Shown here one piece after another: positions 1 through 14,100 of a stretch of 64,000 nt of DNA (positions within the stretch are counted from its first letter, which is position 1; every line of letters begins with the position of its first letter). The notes below the pieces were generated by a model that saw only the letters and a list, made by a program, of their open reading frames with translations, did no database searches and was not told the origin of the DNA. The DNA is from Phoronis australis (lineage: Eukaryota > Animalia > Phoronida). Where the stretch lies: contig NMRA01000192.1 in assembly GCA_002633005.1 (NCBI GenBank), positions 666,669 through 730,668 on the forward strand. The letters are read 5' to 3'. The position numbers were made by a program, and so were the translations under genes.

Positions 1-3000
1 GCGTCTATATGCAACGTAAATGATGTTATACGAACACAGGTAACCTTCTAGGCAAGTTCGTGCGAAAGTTGACAACTCTCAACCTCTGTTTGATTTACGG
101 CAAAATAGTTCGTCGGACATTTTGGTGCAAACACAGATATCAACCACATACAATACATCTTATTTTTAATATAGCAGCACAAGTTCTGTTGATCGTGTAT
201 TTGTCATTCATATCATATTATGCAAATTGTTCCTGCTTTTTTCCGTTTTCAAATTGATAGGCCTACATGAAAAATAAATAAATCTGAACGAACGCGCTCC
301 CGTTTCTCGATAGCATTTGTTGTAGTAAAAAACATCATTTTGTGTGTGTACATTTTCCGACTAGCAATCCGCTGTAACGTACATGTATACCCCAAACTTT
401 GCTACATGCGATTCATTCCGACAAAAAAAAAATAAATACAAACATTATACAACTAAACCATCCCACTTTTACAGCCAGTGGTTTACTAAACGCATCGCTT
501 TGCTCGCCTATGTTGCGGGTCTTCTGCACGACGTTGTCCAACTTATTTTAATAGAGGTGACAAGATATTCATAGCAATCTGCGTTTAGTTCTCTCTAAAT
601 CCATTGAATGAGAAAAGGTTCGTTTCCTCAACCTGGATGCCTCGATCAAAACAGTATATTTAAATGCATGGGAAATTACTTCCTCTACCTCACCTTGTGT
701 TCAAACAACGTACCGAATGAGAATAACAATCTCTTCAGCATAGTAAATCTTGACTTGCTCATTCATTTTATAATATGCTTCAAAGCAAATCACACATGGG
801 TGTCTTGGAATTGAGGTATTTTACATGAATATCCAACACTATTATCTACGTATACATGAAAACCAAATAACAGAAAGTCTTACTTTTGTGTAATTTATAC
901 CATGCTGTAGTAAAAACTGGCTGTCTCTCATTGAGCTCCGTTTAGAATCGGTTCCGCTTTGTGTAGTTCAGTGTCTCTTCCTCGAATAAAATGAAAAAGC
1001 GAAAGAGTAAAGAAACGACGCCGGTTACTTGATCTGTTCTACGGCGATGGTGCGGATATCCGTCGAAAGGTCATTTCATAGTGGGTTAGCATTACCAGTC
1101 ATTGTTCCTTTGCAAGCTAAATCAAGTGTGCTGTTTGTCTACCCGTTGTCAAAACAATTTCGTACTGTCACCATTCAAATCCACTGTTCACATAGTGGAT
1201 ATGAACCCGTTCAGTTGTTTATTTCGTCGACCAAAGTCATTAAAGTAATTGTTGCCATTCAGCAATCGCATCAATGTCACTGTGATCAGATATCAGAAAG
1301 ACCCGACGCAGATCACGGTACAGTATATTACAAATGCACCCCTGCGTCAAGTTTCGGCAGAAACTGGTCAGGTCTTTTGTCAAAAAAGTTACGAACAAGT
1401 AACACTACTGTTAACAACTAGCGGCCAAATGGAGGTGCCACGGTAGTCGACCTGTCTGGTGTCTACGTCTGCCACATTGTAAATCTGTACGAAATTTCAT
1501 CCTGGTCCGTTAGGCTGTGACGTATTGTTCGCTCTTTTCAAAGGATCCCGTTTTCGATTGTTCTCTAATTTATTCGGTGGACCACCGAGACAATCAAAAC
1601 ACTTCTGTGGTCACTTTCTGGGTACAATAGTTTTGATGTTTTTGATCTTATAAACCATTGTATGATGTAAAAGCAAAAGTCGACATATTTAAACTTGTAT
1701 ATTTCCAAGAAATTTAACTTTTAAATTTGCCTGTTTCTGCAAATTGGACATGGAATAAAACAAATTTAAAAATAATGAAATTAGTTGTCCATAAAGCTTG
1801 ATACTGCTACTAATACGTCCATAAAATGCATCAAGTCATAAAGATAGACACAGGTTTTTATTTTTTCGCATTAAAATGTAATTTGGAGGTAAATTTATGA
1901 ATTTACTAGCGTAACCTGGTGCTGAATTGTGGAACTGCAACAAAATTTTAGCATTGTTATTGATGATGTACACAGAAATGCTGTACGTACAAAGCGTTCA
2001 TATGTGTTATTGGGAAGCACTTGGTTTTCTAAAAAAGTCAAACTTACACATGATGGTAAAAAAAATAAAATTAACTCTAAAATTTCAAGAGAAAATCAAG
2101 TCTTATTATTTTATTAAAATTAGACGCTGGTTGTTGTTTTAACCTACCAGAAGGAACATTCTCAAGTCTTAGGTCATTGGATTCATTACAATCATTATGT
2201 TGATATGACTCCTGTTTCAAAAGAAACTAGAAGTTGATTACAATGCTTTCACTGAATGGTAATGGAACTACTTGTCTATAAATCTCCACCTTCTTCATTC
2301 TCCATTCAAGTACGTTCATGCTTATTGGTGCACCTCGACAGTGCCCATGATCCTTTTGCACGGTGTTCTCAGAAACCAATGTCCCCCAAGCTTGGATCCA
2401 TGCACATTGAGTCATTCTGTGCGATTTCTTTTTGTATATTAGGGTATGCACTTGGATTCGCAACAGGCGACACTTTTCAGTTGAATTGAAATAGGTGGCA
2501 AATTGGCAGCGCCTTCCAATGAACGGAAGGGGGGGGCGAAAAATTGAAGAGTTTTAAATAGGGGGACATTTTTGGCAATTAAAATGGGACATGGCCTCGC
2601 TAGGCCCCCAGTGGTTGTGCTTGTATTTCCAAACACAGTTGAGAGACATTTTCTTTGGCCTTTGACACTATTAGGCTTTTAGATAAGGCAATGTATTCGT
2701 GACTTGTTTCTTAATCTCCAATAAGTGCCATTGTTGAAATTTCGCTTTATATTAATATATTCATTTGCTTAAAAAACGTGAACAAAAACATGGTCCGAGT
2801 ACACATTAATTGACAAACGTAAACTATTTGCTACGCGATTTTGCACTGACTAACAATAAGCTTCTGATCTTACTGCATACAAAAAGACTTGAAATGACAC
2901 AAAATTTATACCGAACTTTTTAGCCGGGAAACGTTGCGACGGGAAAACATACACGTAAGGCATGGGAAGGAAAGGTGTCTTACTGGTGGTCAACGAGACA

Positions 3001-3823
3001 GCACGGAATCGTCAGAGGGGGAACGGTGAGTGAGGTAAACATCATTTACGTACTGAGAAAATCCAGTCTGTGGACCCGAAAATGAAAACAAAACCATTTG
3101 CGAATAAAACAGAAAAATACTTTTATTCTTAAAATTCATTATTTGCTGTGTTATAAAAAAATACTTTGAAAGTTTTTCTATTTTGCAGTATACTTCAGAA
3201 ATTGTTCATTGGGTGTTGTAAGAGCATTCCAACCAAATCCAACAAGGCTTCAGAACATTGAACATTTCAACAATAATATCTTGTCTTAAGTTGCGGTTAC
3301 ACATTAAATTACACCTGACTCACCCCAAGCACCTGTACGCAGCGCATTGTCATATCTTTTGTGTTCCCAATGCAATAATCCTAACTTAGTGGAAATAATT
3401 ACTGGCTCACTACCATCTTACAAAGATTTGCCCGCTTAATTGACTCGGGCATGCTTTTATGAATAGGCTTGACTTGCTGCTTGGCTGACTGAGGTGTACC
3501 TTCTTTTCACTATAATTCCTTTGATGATTTAAGAAATAAAATCACTGTAAACGCTGGTCATGTTCAAAACCTGTTTAATCTGACATTTCTGGAAGAGTTT
3601 CTAAACGGAAAATACAGCACACATCACGATTTTTGTCCAACCGGTCGAAAATCGGTCGACGACCAGTCGTTTAGCCGACTTACAGCAGACCAGCAACGGT
3701 CTGCCAGGAGTCGTCAGCTGAGTCGCCTTTGCGGTCGGAACTTGGGTCGACAAAATGGTCGCTTAAGCTAATAAATGCCGACCACACACAGCCTACATTA
3801 GAACAACTTGCACTAGTGCAACT

Positions 3824-3978
3824 CTGTTGCGGATTTAGAGGTGGGTCAAGGGGGCATGCCCCCCTAAAATTCTCCCAGATTACATTTGGCAGTTCGAGGG
3901 TGCGAATGTCTAACGAGTATAATCCTAGCTAATACTCTGCCCTGACCCCCCCAGCTCAAAATCCTGGATCCGCCCCTG
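3824..3978. mobile_element. GC-rich MITE family A, copy 1 (hAT-like termini)
   Basis: gcggatttag...ggatccgcccctg termini; an inverted copy lies at 40775-40933. Confidence 0.7.
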
Positions 3979-6239
3979 CAACTTACCCTACTTGTTGAGA
4001 GTTCATAACTAGGACTAGAAGTTGTCGCTCTGTGAATGACAATTGATGGACAGTTGATAATACTCAGCTCATGCCCGCAATTACTTTATTCCCGCCTTAC
4101 CCCACCCCCCCCCCATAAATCCGACTGTGATGAACGTGGTGTTGTGGCTCAGTATGTGCCACATGGGCAGGGTTATTCATGGATGAACAATCCTGTTCAT
4201 TTTTGACAAGAGCAGTGTTCAAATGCAGAAGCTGAACTATTGTTACTGAGCGTCGTAGCGTTTTAGTTCGCGTTATTTCCAAACTTGCAATGCTTCGAAA
4301 TTCAGTTTTATACTCATTGCATGGTAAAGAATTGTCATCAGAGTGTACATGTATGGCTCAGTTGTATACGTATGAGCTATTCTTTGGCTGGTTACGTTTA
4401 ATCCAAGGGATATCACAACATTCACTGTACGCAGTATGTCGTAAACTTTTTTAATCTCATTTGGTAGACATGTTTTGTAGTTCGTCTCGGTTGATATGAA
4501 TGACTTCACGACTCTAGTAGGAATTTGAAAACGTAAGATTTTCTTTACGCAGATATAGTTTCTGTCCACACTTGTGCAATTTGACAAACTCGTTTACTTT
4601 TAAAATGGCCTAGAGTGGATTTTTTTTCAAAATGCCGTATTCACCGTATTGGAGTCGAAAGGCAAAAATACTACTTTTTGTACTCAATGTTCACTGCACG
4701 TTTGTGGACATACGGAAAACTAGCGTCACGGTCGTACGGCAGCGCTTCATACGCCGGGAATTCCCAATAAAGTGCTGTTTTTTTTAACAGGCAGTTCACA
4801 AAATGATGCATATGCGTGGCCACAAACTGTAGAAATAGTGAGCAAGCAAAGGAATGGTTGAGATAACAATGATCACAGCTGCAAACTTCGTTGATACACG
4901 TTTATTCACTGAGAAAATGGAACAAATGGATATAGATATTTATCAATGTACCATAAGCCCCCTGTATATGATAACTTTTACACTACATCCGCCGAGTGTA
5001 TTTTTACGTTCGGTAAATGTATGTACATGTATAGTGTCATGTTAACGCAAACACGTTGGATTGTAAAGGTACAATTAGATGTATATTTACACCACCTTCG
5101 GAATTCGTGTAAATATAAATTTAGACATGTGCGGATATACACCAGGCTTATGTGAGGAGAATTTAAATTTGCCCATGGTTGTTAATCCATCATCGCTCAG
5201 CAAAAAGTATCCTTATAACATTATTTCCGTGATGTCATTTCTCAGATGGCAACACCATTTCTCTTTTTAAGGCCACAAAGTACTCTCTGCTGCCACGCGT
5301 GCATTGGAAGTTTCTATTTAAAAGCTGCCTGGTGTTGGGAGAAACTTCCACCGCGCGTGTGCTACGGTTTTGATGAATATGCCCCAACCCGAAGAGGTGA
5401 AATAAGCATATTTGTTTTTCCAGGCAAAACCAGCGCTTTGATTTGCAGTGCAAAAGATATTTGTTCTTTTTGAGCGCTGAGCCAGCGTGCCGTGGGCAAA
5501 ACCAAGTGATCTTCAGTTTGTGTACATCAGTAACTATGTAATCAGTATCGGTAATTTCACTCCAAATAAAGAATAATCGAATACCGGAATCCATTTTGTT
5601 TAAATAAAAAACGCAGACAATATTTCAGACACTATCATTGATGTGTAACTTCCATCAACAACGACGAAATTGGAAAATGATCGCCTTGTACAAATTCCAT
5701 GCCGTGTCGTATCAAATAATCCTCCGCAACTGGGCTAATTTCGCGAATGTATTTTGTGAGCAGGAAAATCGTTGCTTTCTGAAAACTAGTTTACCTGCAG
5801 TGTAGTTATCAAGTCTTGTACACATTTATTCCCTCCTAGTGATCTAGGTCCCACGGCTTTCTGACAGACAGATTGTCTAGTTAGTTTGTAACATAATCGC
5901 GAAATTTGTGACAAAATGACTAGTTGATCTGGCTGAGAAGGACATCTGTCACCTGAATATACCATTCGTAGTTTGCGAAATTGCGATTTACTATGTTATG
6001 CCACAAATCTGTCGATTTTCATGCTTTTCGTTTCTGGTAACAATGTTGCACGTGATCAGCCAATAACGATGAGAGACGTGGAGAGGAACATCAATGAACT
6101 CAAAACAGCAGCACTTCGTTGGCGTTGGAAGGATGGATAGAGTAATGCAACCGAGAAAAAGAATCGGACAACAAGTAACATGTAACCCCAGTGGCATAAA
6201 AACGAGGCAGCAAATGTGAATTTAGGATGTTTACGGCCT

Positions 6240-6285
6240 TGTGGGTAAATACAGCGAAATTCGAGTCTCTCTCTGTAATCCGGGA
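6240..6285 (+). repeat. short dispersed repeat, second copy at 7919-7964
   Basis: tgtgg.taaatacagcga.att.gagt.tc.ct.tgt.at.cggg in both places. Confidence 0.6.
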
Positions 6286-8529
6286 GGGAACTTATGGCAG
6301 TGTTCACTCAGAATCGATAAGATGTGAGATTTGAAACTGTGGGGCTTTACGAAAATCTTTCCTAGGAACGCTGTTATCAAAAATCGTCAACATACAAACT
6401 GTTGGTGTTATTGCAAGTCTAGAGTGGTGTGAAGGCAGTTACTAATTCATGAAAGTTGACTTATATCGCAAATTCCACTTCGCAATTACTGAATAAAGCT
6501 TATACTATGAAATTATGGTACATCACTCTGTAACAACTTTTATTGTCACCCGGGCAATGATATTGTGTCGAATGCGACAAGATTTGTTGCCATAGTGTGC
6601 GTCTACATGGCTACATTCATGCAAGTAAATTTCAATAGCGGCTTCAGTTACCACTCATTTGTTTGGTATTATTCTGACAAGTGAAGCTGAGCTTAAAAGG
6701 TTTTGTGCGATCAACTTTGAATATTATTGGTAATGCGCATGCGTAACGGAAGATGGAAGTTTTGTGATTACGGTACACCCTGATTTTAGTGTCTACCACT
6801 GAACCATGTGTTATGTAGGTTCTAGGTATTGCGTCCTAACCTTTATATTTTATCCTGACGTGGTCAACTTGTTCAACATAATTAGTCAATGGTCTTCAAT
6901 CAGTGAATTAATGAATTTAATTAATATTTAAAAGCTAGCGTGATCATTTTCTTTGCATGTTATGTATGGCGATATTGCGCGAACAAATTTGATCTACGGA
7001 ATACATCCCACGTACGTGTGTGTATGTGTGTGTATGTATGTGTGTTTGCAAAGCCCCATGGGAGACTTCACCACTCATTATGTTCTAAATGTCTCCTCTT
7101 ACGATGCAGTTTTAATTTCTCTAGGATTTTTTTTTATATTTTGTAGTGGTCTTAACCTACTACATGTGTTAAATGCGTGGGGTTCACTGAAATAGTTATA
7201 CCGCCACAGCCGCCTAAGCTGAGCCACCTCAGACAAGATGTGAACTGTTTTTGGTATACTGACAACCCAACTTAAACCAAATTAATTATTGAATTCCGTT
7301 TGTAAATTAATTAATTTCGACGTCAGTTTTATGTTAAACGGCATAAATTATATTTCCCAGCTTCACAAAGACGCATCAGTCAATTTCAAGATCAGGGTTA
7401 CCTCGCTGCATTTAACAGGACGGCAATAAAGCCGTGACGTATTACACAGCAATAGAACTCTCCATTGTTCCAGAGGTAAGAAAGTCCTTGCGTCGCTTTG
7501 AGATGTCAGACACAATATCAAACGTCATTTCTGAAACAGTGGAGGTGTATGTGGCCGTGGAATTATTCCCGATTTGAACCGTTCAAAAGTATTGGAATTG
7601 TAAAGATACCTCCAAGAAAGGGGATTCTTATTGGTTCAAACTTGTTTTACCCACTTCCTCCGCTTGTTCTTGTCTTTGACTGATGTCGAGTTGAAGAACT
7701 TAACATTCCGCATCCACGGATGTTAAGTTTACTCGCCTTTCTCTCGTCGCAGTTGCAGCACACAGCACAACAGTTATGCGTCGTTGGCATTAGTAGGCTA
7801 AAAGAGCAATGCGGCCGAGAAAAAATGTAAAGCACACCACAACAACAAAGAAAATGTCGAACGCCAACGGCGCAAAAAACTTTAAGTTACAAAAAGTGCT
7901 TTACAAATATTGTGGCATTGTGGATAAATACAGCGAGATTTGAGTATCACTGTGTGATTCGGGTCGGTCCTATTATATTTATTATTTTGTTTGTATTGTA
8001 AAGCAAGTTTAGTTGGCCTGAATAATCTACCAAGGTCAACGTTTTTCAAATTATATAGAAAACAATAGCCAATGGGTTTATCTATTAATTATTTTTATTG
8101 AATAACAACTGCTTTTCAGCAAACTGTGTCCAATTTGACTTGTGTGGAGCACTGGTAGAATTTGCAAATTTTTGTGTAGCTTTTGAAAATTTGTGCCTCA
8201 GAAAGCTGCTTCAAAGGAATTGTGAAATGAGTTTTTGTTTCCTTAAAATTATTTTGATGTCCTATGCATTAGACTACTCTCAACAATGTTTAGATTTCAC
8301 TAGAGAGCACGTAATATTCATCGATCTTGGGTGAAGCATGTAGAATCGGAGAGGAATCACACTTGGATGTCCATTGTCGTATTTAGACTAGACTGAGCCT
8401 ATACTTATTTTGCAGACACATCTTAGTGTTCCGGCTGGCATTGATTTTCCATTCTGCCTCCGGTTTGTGCAAGCGACTCAAGGAGTGTGTTTTGTTCATA
8501 GGCGTCTTTTCTTAATTTTTGTAGCTTTT

Positions 8530-8945
8530 TCACCTAAAACATCGTTCAAGTGAAATTATATTCGGTAGGTTTTTATCTAAAACACAAAGGAATTTCGATT
8601 CAGTAGATGTTTTATGTAAAGCTTCGTTTTAGTGAAATTAGATCTGGTAGGTGGTTTAATCTAAAAGTCCATGCGAGTGGATTTAGATTTGGTAGTTCAT
8701 TTTATTTAAAACCTCTTCGAGGGAACTAAGATTTGGTAGGAATTTTTATCTAAAAGATTCATGCGAGTGAGGTTAGATTTGGTTGGTGTTTTTCTCCAAA
8801 ACGCCTTCGAGTGAATTTAGACTTGTAGGTGTTTTTATCTAAAACCTCATGCGATAGAGCTAAGATGTGGAAGTCTCGGTGCTAGTAAACCTAGATTTGG
8901 TAGGAGTTTTTATCCAAGACCGCATGCGATTGGGCTTAGGTGTTC
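8530..8945. repeat. degenerate minisatellite, ~10 x ~41-bp units
   Basis: Recurrent gagtg..ttagatttggtagg..tttttatctaaaa. Confidence 0.8.
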
Positions 8946-11005
8946 TAGTTATGCTCCAAGACATTTTCTTTCCGACATAACTGTATATAGCTTGTTAGCA
9001 CAAAAAGGAATGATTTCATGATATTTATTTTGAAATCTTTATCAAGTGACAATATATAAACTCACGTTTAGTTGTTTAAAAGTAATCACATGCAAACGCC
9101 ATCAAGATTTGAAGTTTGTACACATCATTCGAGGCCTCTCCAAAATACTGTTCACTCATACAGCAGAGAAATGATTACGACATATCCGGATGAGAAGATC
9201 AGCCTGTGTTCATACGGGCGTGTTCCTTCAGTCTTGATTTGTAGGCAGAATAACTGTGTACCATGTCAGCCTTCATAAGCCTGCGAAGTGCGAGACTACG
9301 TGTATTATCCCCAGCTACTTCGTCGGCGTCCAACTGACAGTCACGTTTTGTTTGAGATTATCACGCGAGAGCACAAATATGGTTCGTGAGACCCAACATA
9401 AAAGCGAATTTCAGGGGCATTTGACAAACACATAAAAAGCGATTAAACATTTGATTACAACAAACACACTGTTCATATGACATAAAATAGTATGAACACA
9501 CATAGGTATCATTCATTGAAATATGAAGATTGTGTCTCCCCCAACAAAAATACACGATGGAGCTTTGCAAAACGGTCTCCAATTCTACAATCAGGCTTCG
9601 TTTGATAAAAAAACAGAAGCTCAGAATGAGATCAACTCGTGTTCAGCCTTCATAAAGGAAGTGCGTTGTATCTTACGCAACTTCTGTCGTATCCAGCCCT
9701 GTCCGCACGAGTGAGTCTGTCGAAGGAAATAGATAATGCAAAGGTCCATCGCGTAACCAATGCTTTGGTAGTTCAGTTGGCAAAAACCTTGAATCATTAT
9801 TTAACTAGTGGTACTGTAAAACATGCACTCGCACACGTGCACACAAAACACACCCTAATTTTGTTCTCATCTCCCTTTTGAACTAAGGAATACACTGGAC
9901 CTCCGCAAAGTAAACTACACGCACAACGTGCTCAGAAAAAAATATTTTTGTACCTGTCGTTTATACTGTACTTTTTTCGCAATACATAATCGTTAACCTT
10001 CATACATGAAGCGCGAGACGCCAGCTACTTCACTTTCTCCAGCTAACAACCACTTTTTGCACGGAGTACGACTATAGATTTACTGCAGAGGTTCAACAAA
10101 AACTCAGCTACAGATAGATCTGATATCTTAGCAATTATTTTTTGGATACAACTGTAAATTGCGTTAACATGAAAAAGTTTGTCTAAATAACCTAATTGGA
10201 AACTGTCTCGAAAATTCTTCTCCACGTATCTTTTCAGTCTTAAAAAACAAATAGTGTCTATATGAGTTACATGTAACAAAGTACTATCCAAAATTTGTTC
10301 TTGTTTTGTCTATTATCGTTGGAGCTTTGTTTAACAACATGCTTTTAGGGCTTGTTGAAGTGAACACGTGAAGGACTCCTTTTTCTTTAGGAGGTCTTTC
10401 AGTTTTTGTATAATGAATTCATCGTACAGAAATTCCAATAATCAGATGAATATCACACGTCACGTGCAATTAACTATGGTTAATATAATATCGAGTACCA
10501 AATCATTTTTTCACAGAGTCTGAGTGAGAACTTGGGATCGAACCAAGTGAGGGAAACATTATATTAATTACTCCAAACTCGACCTCGGCGCCCAGATTTC
10601 TGGAGGTCAACTCAAAATAACGCCGGTCACTCCCAGAACCTGGCATCTCGCACACACACTTGCGTGATTTGGCGATGCTCAACAGAACTCAGAGATGCTA
10701 GTTAAATGTTGTTTAACAGTCCCATTGTCGAGTTCTTGCTCAAACTCCAGGTTTGGTTTGCTTTGACTGTGTCAATATTTTACACTGTTCAAATTCACAG
10801 AAAAGATGTTTTGAAACAAACTTGAAATAACTTCCAAGAGGGTAGGGTGTTTTTGAAAAGCGACAATTGAATTTGTCATGAACGAAAGAGTAACATATCA
10901 CTCGCACACACGCGCGCGCGTGCACGCACACAAACACACACACACAAAAATTGATATGTTGGAAAGTATATTCCAGTTCAAGCTGTGCTTTCCCAGGCCT
11001 TATTC

Positions 11006-11153
11006 CTAGCCACTTGACTGCTGGTTAACATTAGGTGCCGGTGAAACGCGGTTGCTTCTCGCTGAGTCAGGACGCTGTTCGTGGGAATGAAAGTTTGTAC
11101 TTTCCTGACCTCCTGGGGTTCTCTCTATTGCCACCTTACCGCTATGTTTAGCC
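11006..11153 (-). CDS. mucin exon 27: cytoplasmic tail and stop
   Basis: cttcag|G phase 2; KAKHSGK...QQSSG* ends at TAG 11006-11008. Confidence 0.8.
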
Positions 11154-14100
11154 CTGAAGATAGAAACAATTAGCCACATTCGAAACAAGCATAAGATACC
11201 AATGTCGACGACGAACATGTGACAGTGGGCGAATGATTCCACTGCTAAAAGCCTGTTAATAGTCGGAAAGTATCCAAAAAATGGTTACTGATGTTTCATT
11301 CACATCTACCAAGAAACGATCTCGTCATTAACGTTGTGTTGGGCGATACTTGAAAGTCTAGGCAAAGTTCAAACAGCGTGCAAAAGTGGAGCGTTCTTAA
11401 AACAATTTCTAACAGAGCATTGAAGAACAACGCATAAAGCAACGCGCCTGAGAGTTTCATATGGTTCCAACCTATCAGTCATATTTTGAGATATAATGTT
11501 CCGATGCTTCTGGTCTCCTAGATAACATTTAACGGTACTTGATAATTAAAACCCAAATTTGCAGCTTCTACTTCAATGTACCAATAGAAAATGAAGATGA
11601 GTTGTTAAGACAAGTGGTATGTATGATTGAAAAGGAAAATCACTGAACTCTACCACGCATATTAGACTAAAGTATACAATTACATAAAAATAGGAAAATA
11701 GTGAAATCAATGCAGAATTCTGATTTCCGAATTTTTTCGCAAGTGTAATTAGACACTGAAACACGGACAAATAAGCTTTTAAACTCTGCACTTGTCAGTT
11801 TATGACGTAAGACGAGAAAAATAGCAACAAATGTCCAAATATATCAAGCGTTCTGTAGAAAACGACGTCTAACTTATACTCCATAGCCTTTACTGATAGT
11901 CTTTACAATTAGCCTCAGTTGAATCTTGCATCAGGTGTCATTTTATGACTCAACCTCATGTTACAGCCAAGTCGCCTAAGTTCTGCGATCGTGTGTGTGT
12001 GCAGGGGGTGAACAAACTTACTTCATAACGCAATACACAACGACGATGATGATGACAATGAAGACTATGATACCAGCTACCAGACCAATAACCCAAAGGT
12101 TGCTTGTCTCAGGGCTCTTTGTGGGTATTTGCAACGTTGTTGCAGTTGTTCCTGCCGCAGCCTGTGTGGTAGTGGGTAAGACAACCGGTGCCTCTGTGAC
12201 ATTCAGAATTTCGCCACCTGCCGAAGATAACGTACAAAATGCTCACTTATTGTCTCTATCGTCTCGGCTGCTGCGTGGCTCTAAATCTGAGCAGAGAGGA
12301 TCAATTTGGGGACATAACTTAGGATCACATGACTCGTGTCTACAACTGTACAAAATCTAATGGAATATGTCAACGTTTGTGATGTCGTCCCACATACTGG
12401 GCTGAGTATGTAAGTAGGCTGAAAAACAAAAGATACAGTTTGCCAAAATACCGGGCTGCAATCCATGAAAAGTTTCTTCCGAGTTTTTCACGATCATGAA
12501 ACTCTTCGTGGTGAGATATCACAATAGTGAGGCAAATCATCTCACTAACTTTTACTTTCGAAAGTCTTGTGCTAAAGTCGAATTTGATTGGGTTGAGGGC
12601 AGAAAACTGCCTTTTGATATTGCTACTCAGCAAACTCCGTTTTGTCTTTGTGAATTCGTTACAGATCGACAATTCCGTCTGTCAGAAATTCTCTTAAATC
12701 AAGGCTGGTCACTTTACTAAATGGTCTGAATGTGAACGGTGATCTCAGGAAATCACGACAATATCACTTTAAGGAACGTGATTTTGCCTGAGTGTCGCAA
12801 TATTTTTGTCAGAAGCGTCTGCCAGTTCTGGAATTTATAGAACATCTACAATGTTTGATTGTTTCCAAGTGTTTGTATTGCACAGTAGTCCTATTTGGCT
12901 CTTTAGCAAATTTTGCACTTGAAATAAAGATGCATGTATTCATATGCTTGATTGGCAAAGACTGTTTTGGTCGTGTCGAGAAATAAAGACGGAGGACACA
13001 AAATCTTTCCTTTGGGACTTCTCGTCAGTAACTATGACGGACGTGGCGTAACTGCGTTTGTTGGAAGTATTCATGTCTGCATCTTCTAGAAAGACTTTAA
13101 TTGATTCGGGCTCCTTCAACGCCGTGTTTTGCTTACTTATAGCGACTAAAAACCAAAGTTCCGTCAGCTCTGTGCTTCGACCGCATACATGCACGCTTTA
13201 AGTTTGGTCTCGGTCTGTTTTTACTGATCGGGTGAGAAGAGATTTTGAGAACTGGCCATACCTTAATTACTATTTTGAGAACTGGCCATACCTTAATTAC
13301 TATTTTGAGAACTGGCCATACCTTAATTACTATTTTGAGAACTGGCCATACCTTAATTACTGCATGAGATGATGCACTACGAATAATCTGACACATCGTG
13401 ACACGTCAGTTTGCAGAGCCTTGTTTAATGCAATAACGAATGGCGTGTTCTTTTCAAAACTAGTGCCCAGACTCGCGTGTCCAAACTTAGGCTCGACACA
13501 TTCAGATTCAGGCTTGAAATTTAACCATTCACATCACGTGATTCGAGTACAAACAAGTCCTAGGATCTCTTGAAGATTGCATTCCACTGGTCAATTTTCA
13601 AGTCTCTGGTACAGAGAGTAGATCACGATCAGGCGCAAAAAATCGTGTGTTTCATCTAAGGAACTATTTAAGAAATTTCATAATGGTAAGTACTCTAATT
13701 AAAAAAACTGTGACTGCAAAGGCGGATTTTTAACCCCTTTAAAGGGGCTGCTGCGTTCATTAAAAGTAGCCTCAAGGGGCACCAGTCACAAACTGTTGGC
13801 GTACCTACCTAACACTGACGCCAGAGTGGCGTTATTAGTTGTGATCACAACTTGAAGTACTGGGCCCGAAAGCACGGCGCCACCTGATGGCAATCTGATG
13901 AAGAAAGCCAAGTCGATGGTGCCGTCACCCTTATCGGTCGGAGAGTCGGGTGGACTGAGAACGTTCAGTGCTGTGAAACCATACGAAACAACTTCACGTC
14001 TAAAAATAAATAGTAAATAATTATCACCTAAAGGTGCGTATTAGGATAAAGTTGTCACACGTTAATATTGATTCCACACCCGTGAAAAATTCTTCCAGGG

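Noticed and set aside
4946-5155. piggyBac-like DNFYT motif (VYDNFYTTS)
   Set aside because: Single short motif with no other transposase blocks or TTAA-CC termini recognised.
1-10900. Numerous 60-130 aa ORFs in the first 11 kb
   Set aside because: No recognisable domains, no consistent exon chain, many non-ATG starts; treated as intergenic or decayed repeat DNA.
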